Source: Candidatus Sericytochromatia bacterium
GTDB lineage: Bacteria > Cyanobacteriota > Sericytochromatia > S15B-MN24 > UBA4093
Direction: 5' to 3'
Assembly: GCA_036676495.1 (NCBI GenBank)
Contig: JAKFCT010000052.1
Coordinates: 19,246 to 83,245, forward strand
DNA: 64,000 nt
The notes under the pieces were generated by a model that saw nothing but the letters and a program-made list of their open reading frames with translations, was not told where the DNA came from and did no database searches. Of the stretch, positions 58,921-64,000 are shown in pieces. Numbering within the stretch: position 1 is the first letter of the stretch; the number at the start of each line of letters is the position of its first letter. Made by a program: the position numbers and the translations under genes.

Positions 58921-59860
58921 GGTCCAGCATCCGCTGGAGGGGTTTGAGGGCCCGGAGGCGCAAGTCTTCGGGCAGCGTGATCTCGGGGGTCATGTCCCGC
59001 ATGCAGAGATACAGCTTCTCCAGCGTGTTGAGGCGCATGAAGGGGCACTCGTTGCAGGCGCAGGTCTCGTCCTTGGGGGGCGCGGGAATGAGCGTCGCGT
59101 CCGGGCTGTCCTTGGCCATCTGGTGCATGATGCCGGGCTCGGTGGCGACGATGAACGTGCCGCGGGGATGCTTGCGGACATGCTCGAGCAGGGCCTGGGT
59201 CGAGCCGATCACGTCGGCCAGCGCGAGGACCGACTCCTCGCATTCGGGGTGGGCGATGACCGTGGCTTCCGGGTGCTGCACCTGGAGCTGCGCCACGCGC
59301 CGCGCCGAGAAAGTCTCGTGAACGATGCAGGAGCCTTGCCAGAGCACCATGTCGCGGCCGGTCTGGCGGATGAGGTAGCGGCCCAGGTTCTGATCGGGGG
59401 CGAAGATGATGCCCTGATCGGCGGGGATGCTGTTGATCATGCGCACCGCGTTGCTGGAGGTGCAGATCAGGTCGCTCAGGGCCTTCACGTCGGCGGAGCA
59501 ATTGATGTAGCTGACGACCGCGTGGTCGGGGTACTGCGCCTTGAGGGCGGCAAGCCCTTCGGGGGGGCAACTGTCGGCTAGCGAGCAGCCCGCGGCGAGA
59601 TCGGGAAGCAAGACGGTCTTGCTGGGATTGATGATCTTGGCGCCCTCGGCCATGAAGTGGACGCCCGCGAAGACGATCACGTCCGCTTCGGTCTTGGCGG
59701 CCGCCTGGGCGAGCGCCAGCGAATCTCCAATGAAATCCGCCACGTCCTGGATATCGGGCTCCTGGTAATAGTGGGCCAGGATAACGGCATTACGCTCTTG
59801 CTTGAGCTCCGCAATCGCCTCGAAGAGATCGAGGTTGGGATCAATCGGTTTTTGCATCAC
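58886..59860 (-). CDS. nadA: Quinolinate synthase
   Basis: ILAHYYQ, GVHFMAE, AGCSLAD, YINCS, CTSSNA, CIVHE, AHPEC, CPFM. Confidence 0.97.
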   Translation of the reverse strand: MMQKPIDPNLDLFEAIAELKQERNAVILAHYYQEPDIQDVADFIGDSLALAQAAAKTEADVIVFAGVHFMAEGAKIINPSKTVLLPDLAAGCSLADSCPPEGLAALKAQYPDHAVVSYINCSADVKALSDLICTSSNAVRMINSIPADQGIIFAPDQNLGRYLIRQTGRDMVLWQGSCIVHETFSARRVAQLQVQHPEATVIAHPECEESVLALADVIGSTQALLEHVRKHPRGTFIVATEPGIMHQMAKDSPDATLIPAPPKDETCACNECPFMRLNTLEKLYLCMRDMTPEITLPEDLRLRALKPLQRMLDLSAPALAVPAR

Positions 59861-59966
59861 GGTACTCTGAATACCCTTTCGCGGGGTGCCTCCCCGCTCT
59901 ATTAATCCTCCAGTCTACCCCGGTTTCGGGGTTTTGGGTATGAGGAGGCTCACGCTATGACTCACT

Positions 59967-60248
59967 CTAGAACGGGCTATCGAGTTTTGACAGCCGCTCG
60001 TACATCTTTTGCAACTTGGAGAGCTGGTTGCCGACGCTTGAAAGTTCCACGTGATCCGTCGGCTTCTCCAGCAGCTTGGCCAGCAGGCGGCTGGTTTCCG
60101 CCATCTTGCGCCTCAGCGTGAGCGCCTCCTCGATTCGCTCGAGCTCGGTCTGGGTCTTCTTCTCGGGAACCTTGCCCAGCAGGTCTTCGAGTGAGGGGGG
60201 CTTGAACATGCCCTTTTCGAACTTCAGGAAATCGTCGTCGTTGCGCAT
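59967..60248 (-). CDS. Small coiled-coil hypothetical protein (93 aa)
   Basis: MRNDDDFLKFEKGMFKPP...; K/E/L-rich helices; follows Rieske gene. Confidence 0.65.
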   Translation of the reverse strand: MRNDDDFLKFEKGMFKPPSLEDLLGKVPEKKTQTELERIEEALTLRRKMAETSRLLAKLLEKPTDHVELSSVGNQLSKLQKMYERLSKLDSPF

Positions 60249-60277
60249 GGCTTTCGTTCCAGTGATCGGGTCGGGGG

Positions 60278-61279
60278 TTACAGTCTGAAGCGGACGTCCT
60301 TGCTGGGACGTTCGGCGGAGGCATGGCCCTCGGCATGCTTTTGCCGGAAGGCGTGAATCCAGAGGTTCGCCGTGTCGGCCGGCGTGGAGACGAAGGACGC
60401 GGGCTCCCGCTGAAGCTGCTCGGCCTGATTGATGAGCACGCCCATGTCCTGGTTCAGGATGATCCGTCCCATGAGGGGCACGAACGGAGTGATGAGGGGC
60501 GTGAGCACGCCCAGGTTCCAGGCCACGTGGACGAAGACGCGGGTCTCGAAGTCGGAGACGGGCGTGCAAATCTGGTGGCCGATGATCGTGCCGCGACGGC
60601 CGAATTCGTAGCTCACCTTGACGATCGACGGCATGATGAAGCGGTCCACGTGGGTGACCTTGCTTCCTTTGGGGATGAGCAAGCGGCCTAGCAGGCTGTC
60701 GGTCTTCGCTTCCTCGTCGATTTCGATGACGACGCCGTCCTCCACCTGCTGGATGCGGGTCTGGACGTCTTTGCAGGCGGGGGTGCGGAAGAGGCCCCCG
60801 TGGACGTAGCCCGTGTGGCAGCAATCGATGAAGTTCTCGATCACGTTCTCCACGGCGTTGGGAAGCATGGCCTCGATGCGTGAATCGCCCCAGCCGCGCT
60901 CTCCCGCGTGCGGGATCCGGTAGGGAAGGCCCTCGGGAGCGTCTCCCATGAAGACCCAGAGGTAGCCGTCCTGCTCGACCACGGGGTAGGAAGGGACCTG
61001 GCTGCCCTTGGGGATGCGATCGCCCGCACAGAGGGAGGGAATGCCCACGCATTGCCCTTGTCCGTCGAATTGCCAGCCGTGATAGGCGCATTGCAACCGG
61101 CCCTCCTCGACCTTGCCCAGCGAGAGCTGGACGTTGCGGTGCGGGCAGCGATCCTTGAGGGCGCGCGCTTCCCCGCTCGTCTCGCGAAACAGCACGATTC
61201 GCTCCCCGAGCACGGTTGCGGCCAAGGGCTTGCCCTTGAGTTCGGCTGCGGCTGCGGCGACGTACCAGTGGTTTCGCAT
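60278..61279 (-). CDS. Rieske non-heme iron oxygenase (VanA/PobA-like alpha subunit)
   Basis: CPHR...CAYHGW Rieske motif; ENFIDCCHTGYVH; QD distal ligand. Confidence 0.92.
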   Translation of the reverse strand: MRNHWYVAAAAAELKGKPLAATVLGERIVLFRETSGEARALKDRCPHRNVQLSLGKVEEGRLQCAYHGWQFDGQGQCVGIPSLCAGDRIPKGSQVPSYPVVEQDGYLWVFMGDAPEGLPYRIPHAGERGWGDSRIEAMLPNAVENVIENFIDCCHTGYVHGGLFRTPACKDVQTRIQQVEDGVVIEIDEEAKTDSLLGRLLIPKGSKVTHVDRFIMPSIVKVSYEFGRRGTIIGHQICTPVSDFETRVFVHVAWNLGVLTPLITPFVPLMGRIILNQDMGVLINQAEQLQREPASFVSTPADTANLWIHAFRQKHAEGHASAERPSKDVRFRL

Positions 61280-61284
61280 GCGCG

Positions 61285-61956
61285 TTACCTCCCGAAGCGC
61301 TTCATGGCGAGCGTCACGCCGTCACCGAGCGGCAAGAGACTCATCTCCACTCGCTCGTCCTGGTGGATCTTGTCGTTGAGCGCTCGGATGGCCTGGGTGT
61401 CGTCGTCCTGATCGCTGGGATCGGCCACGGACCCTCCCCAGAGCACGTTATCGATGGCAATCAGGCCTCCCGGACGAACCAACCTCAAGGCCCGCTCGTA
61501 GTAGGCATCGTAGCTGAGCTTGTCGGCATCGATGAAGGCGAAATCAAAGGTCTCCGCCTCCCCGGCGTCCAGGAGGCGGTCGAGCGTCTCCAGGGCAGGA
61601 GCGATGCGAAGGTCGATCTTTTCGGCGATTCCAGCCTCTTGCCAGTAGCGCATGCCGATGGACGTCCACTCGGCGCTGACGTCGCAAGCGACGTGGCGCC
61701 CCTCGGTGGGAAGGGCTTGGGCGACGCAGAGGCTGCTGTAGCCCGTGAAGACCCCGACTTCGAGGGTCTTGCGGGCCCCCATCAGCCGGACGAGCAGGGC
61801 CATGAACTGGCCTTGCTCGGGCGAGATCTGCATCCGGGCCATCGGAAGCTTGGCGGTCTCTTCGCGCAGACGTCGCAGGACGTCGTTTTCGCGCAGCGCA
61901 TGTGCGGTGAGGTAGTCGTAGAGGCGATCGGTGACGGTAAGGGTGCGAGTGGACAT
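61285..61956 (-). CDS. SAM-dependent O-methyltransferase (caffeoyl-CoA OMT type)
   Basis: MQISPEQGQF, LEVGVFTGYS, FDFAFIDADK, DNVLWGG. Confidence 0.95.
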   Translation of the reverse strand: MSTRTLTVTDRLYDYLTAHALRENDVLRRLREETAKLPMARMQISPEQGQFMALLVRLMGARKTLEVGVFTGYSSLCVAQALPTEGRHVACDVSAEWTSIGMRYWQEAGIAEKIDLRIAPALETLDRLLDAGEAETFDFAFIDADKLSYDAYYERALRLVRPGGLIAIDNVLWGGSVADPSDQDDDTQAIRALNDKIHQDERVEMSLLPLGDGVTLAMKRFGR

Positions 61957-62029
61957 GGCGTGGGCCCTCCTCGCCCCATGATACCAACACCCATGGTATC
62001 CTGCTTATCGCCCACCTGGAGGGGGTTCG

Positions 62030-62380
62030 ATGCAGCCTGTCAAACTGATGATCGAGGTTCAAAGCGATTTGGAGGGGATCCGGCGCTTCCTCCTGGGGAT
62101 GGCCCCGAAGCTCGAGAGCCGCCAGCCCGGAATCACGACCCAGCTTCAACACGCGGATCTTCACCATCCCATGGTCATGCCCACTCGGGGAGGCGATACC
62201 ATCACGGTGCTTCTCGAGCCTCGAGGGGAGCGCACGGCCATCAAGGTGAGCATTCAGCCCTCCATGCGTCCCCGGGCGAAATGGGCGGACGCCTGGTGGC
62301 GGTGGCGTAACCGCTTAATTGCCCGACTCGTCCTCAAGCGCCTCCGGCCCGCCATCGAGCGGGCCGCAAAGCAACCCTAG
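62030..62380 (+). CDS. Hypothetical protein (possibly SRPBCC-like)
   Basis: GGAGGGG RBS; C-terminal amphipathic helix L.RL...IE. Confidence 0.6.
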   Translation: MQPVKLMIEVQSDLEGIRRFLLGMAPKLESRQPGITTQLQHADLHHPMVMPTRGGDTITVLLEPRGERTAIKVSIQPSMRPRAKWADAWWRWRNRLIARLVLKRLRPAIERAAKQP

Positions 62381-62409
62381 CGCCGACGGCGACTGTTTTA
62401 GGAGAACCC

Positions 62410-63051
62410 ATGGATCTCATTCTTATGCTGGTCGACTTCATCTTGCACTTCGACAAGCACCTGAGCCAGATTATCCTCGACTACGGCACGCTCACCTACC
62501 TCTTCCTGTTCCTGATCGTCTTCTGCGAGACGGGGCTGGTCGTCACGCCGTTCTTGCCGGGCGATTCGCTGCTCTTTGCCGCCGGGGCCTTTGCCGCCGC
62601 GGGATCCCTGGAAGTCAGCTTCCTCTTCCTGTTGCTCTTCGCGGCCGCCGTGATCGGGGACTCCACCAACTACTGGATCGGCCGGACGCTGGGTCAGAAA
62701 GTCACGGCCATGAACGTGATCAAGCCCGAGCACCTGGCCAAGACGCATGCGTACTTCGAGAAGTACGGCGGCAAGACCCTGATCATCGCGCGCTTCGCGC
62801 CCTTTCTCCGGACGTTCGCGCCCTTCGTCGCTGGAGTCGGTCACATGACCTACCGGCGCTTTCTGATGTTCAGCGTCACGGGGGGCTTCCTGTGGATCTC
62901 ACTGTTCACCTTCGGGGGCTACTTCTTCGGTAACCTGCCGGTCGTCAAGGAGAACTTCAAGCTGATCATCCTCGGAGTGATTGCCGTTTCGCTGTTGCCG
63001 GCGGCGATCGAGTTGCTGCGCCACCGCCTGAAACCCGCTAAAACGCCTTGA
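62410..63051 (+). CDS. dedA: DedA family membrane protein
   Basis: FCETGLVVTPFLPGDSLLF, GDSTNYWIG, ARFAPFLRTFAPFVAG. Confidence 0.95.
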   Translation: MDLILMLVDFILHFDKHLSQIILDYGTLTYLFLFLIVFCETGLVVTPFLPGDSLLFAAGAFAAAGSLEVSFLFLLLFAAAVIGDSTNYWIGRTLGQKVTAMNVIKPEHLAKTHAYFEKYGGKTLIIARFAPFLRTFAPFVAGVGHMTYRRFLMFSVTGGFLWISLFTFGGYFFGNLPVVKENFKLIILGVIAVSLLPAAIELLRHRLKPAKTP

Positions 63052-63128
63052 TCGAAGGGCTCGCTTGCCGCTAGAATGAGGCAGGCGCTCGTGACGAAGC
63101 CCAGGGGAGCCTCTGGGCCCTGAAAGGA

Positions 63129-63404
63129 TTGGTCGTGCACCAGCTGGGACTGTCTGCCGCCGAGTTCGTAGCCCTCGTTCACCAGGAGAGCGAAACGTGG
63201 GCGGAAACACTCTCGAAGTTCGAAGCCGCCAACCGGCATGCCGGGTTGGAGCCTGAACAAGCGCAGAAACTGGCCATGATCCAGTACCTTCACGAATTCT
63301 CCGCGACGCTGCTCGAAGCGAACAACCGGAAAATCGCGGCCGACCTCATCCGCCTCGGCGTGCTACCTGGCACGATTCGCCGTGGCGGCGAAGCGACCTT
63401 TTAA
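63129..63404 (+). CDS. Small hypothetical protein
   Basis: AAAGGA RBS; helical; start uncertain (TTG or GTG). Confidence 0.6.
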   Translation: MVVHQLGLSAAEFVALVHQESETWAETLSKFEAANRHAGLEPEQAQKLAMIQYLHEFSATLLEANNRKIAADLIRLGVLPGTIRRGGEATF

Positions 63405-63421
63405 GAAAGGGCCCCCTCCGT

Positions 63422-64000
63422 ATGCACAAGCTCATCGGGATCGTCGGCATCGTGACGATTCTGGCGATCGCGTTCGCCCTCTCCTCCAATCGCCGGGCCA
63501 TCAAGCCCCGGGTCATCCTCTGGGGCCTCGGCATGCAGCTGGCCCTCGCGGTCTTCATCCTCAAGGTCCCCATCGGCCACCAGATCTTCCAGGCCCTCGG
63601 AGCCGGCGTCAGCAAGATCCTCGACTTCACCAAGGTCGGTAGCTCCTTCGTCTTCGGCGACCTCGTCACGAAACTCGACTCCTTCGGCTTCATCTTCGCC
63701 TTCCAGGTCCTGCCCGCCATCGTCTTCGTCGGCAGCTTGATGGGCATCGCCTACTACCTCGGCATCATGCAGTTCATCGTCAACCTCGTCGCCAAGCTCA
63801 TGGTCAAGACCATGGGGACCTCTGGCGCCGAGAGCTTGTCTGCCGTCGGGACCGTCTTCGTCGGCCAGAGCGAGGCCCCGCTGCTCATCAAGCCCTACAT
63901 CCCCGACATGACCAAGTCGGAGCTGATGGCCATCATGACCGGCGGCATGGCCACCATCGCCGGCTCCGTCATGGCCGCCTACATCGGCATGCTCGGCTCG
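63422..64000 (+). CDS. nupC: NupC/CNT nucleoside transporter (3' truncated)
   Basis: MHKLIGIVG..S.NRRAI, FAFQVLPAIVF, TSGAESL, FVGQSEAPLLIKPY, GGMATIAGSVMAAY. Confidence 0.92.
   Translation, partial: MHKLIGIVGIVTILAIAFALSSNRRAIKPRVILWGLGMQLALAVFILKVPIGHQIFQALGAGVSKILDFTKVGSSFVFGDLVTKLDSFGFIFAFQVLPAIVFVGSLMGIAYYLGIMQFIVNLVAKLMVKTMGTSGAESLSAVGTVFVGQSEAPLLIKPYIPDMTKSELMAIMTGGMATIAGSVMAAYIGMLGS

Noticed and set aside
59942-60122. GAGGAGG followed by ATG opening a ~54-codon plus-strand ORF antisense to the 93-aa gene
   Set aside because: Product has no protein-like features or codon bias; the region more likely serves as nadA upstream sequence

Overview
GC-rich (about two-thirds G+C by eye), gene-dense bacterial chromosome segment with no transposase, integrase, prophage or CRISPR array detected. 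The gene mix suggests a diderm, probably flagellated, non-photosynthetic relative of cyanobacteria (Sericytochromatia-like); this is inference from eboE, an RsgA with a cyanobacteria-like basic C-tail, BH4-type PTPS genes and many orphan lipoproteins. Housekeeping genes: tRNA-Thr(UGU), glmU-prs-pth, rsmB-rlmN-rsgA, trmL, sdaAB/AA, pgi/pfkA, acpS, sod, aspA, icd, nadA, dedA, nupC. Accessory highlights: (1) a tandem pair of signal-peptide-less proteins sharing a ~70% identical glycine-zipper C-terminal domain, one carrying a LysM domain on a (PTPAPK)6 stalk, a candidate undescribed envelope-attacking or translocon system; (2) a recurring 11-bp-period WTAA-N7-WTAA motif upstream of that pair and of several orphan lipoprotein genes, suggesting a regulon; (3) a Fur-boxed porin / FMN-binding / PepSY / ApbE flavinylation operon; (4) a stand-alone multi-MshEN protein, then a MalT-like STAND-TPR-BTAD regulator, then a three-lipoprotein operon with upstream direct repeats; (5) a Dictyostelium PdeD/PdeE-like MBL phosphodiesterase with two cNMP-binding domains; (6) a DUF309-PTPS fusion, second PTPS and SDR (possible tetrahydrobiopterin module); (7) a perfect 31-bp-stem inverted repeat.
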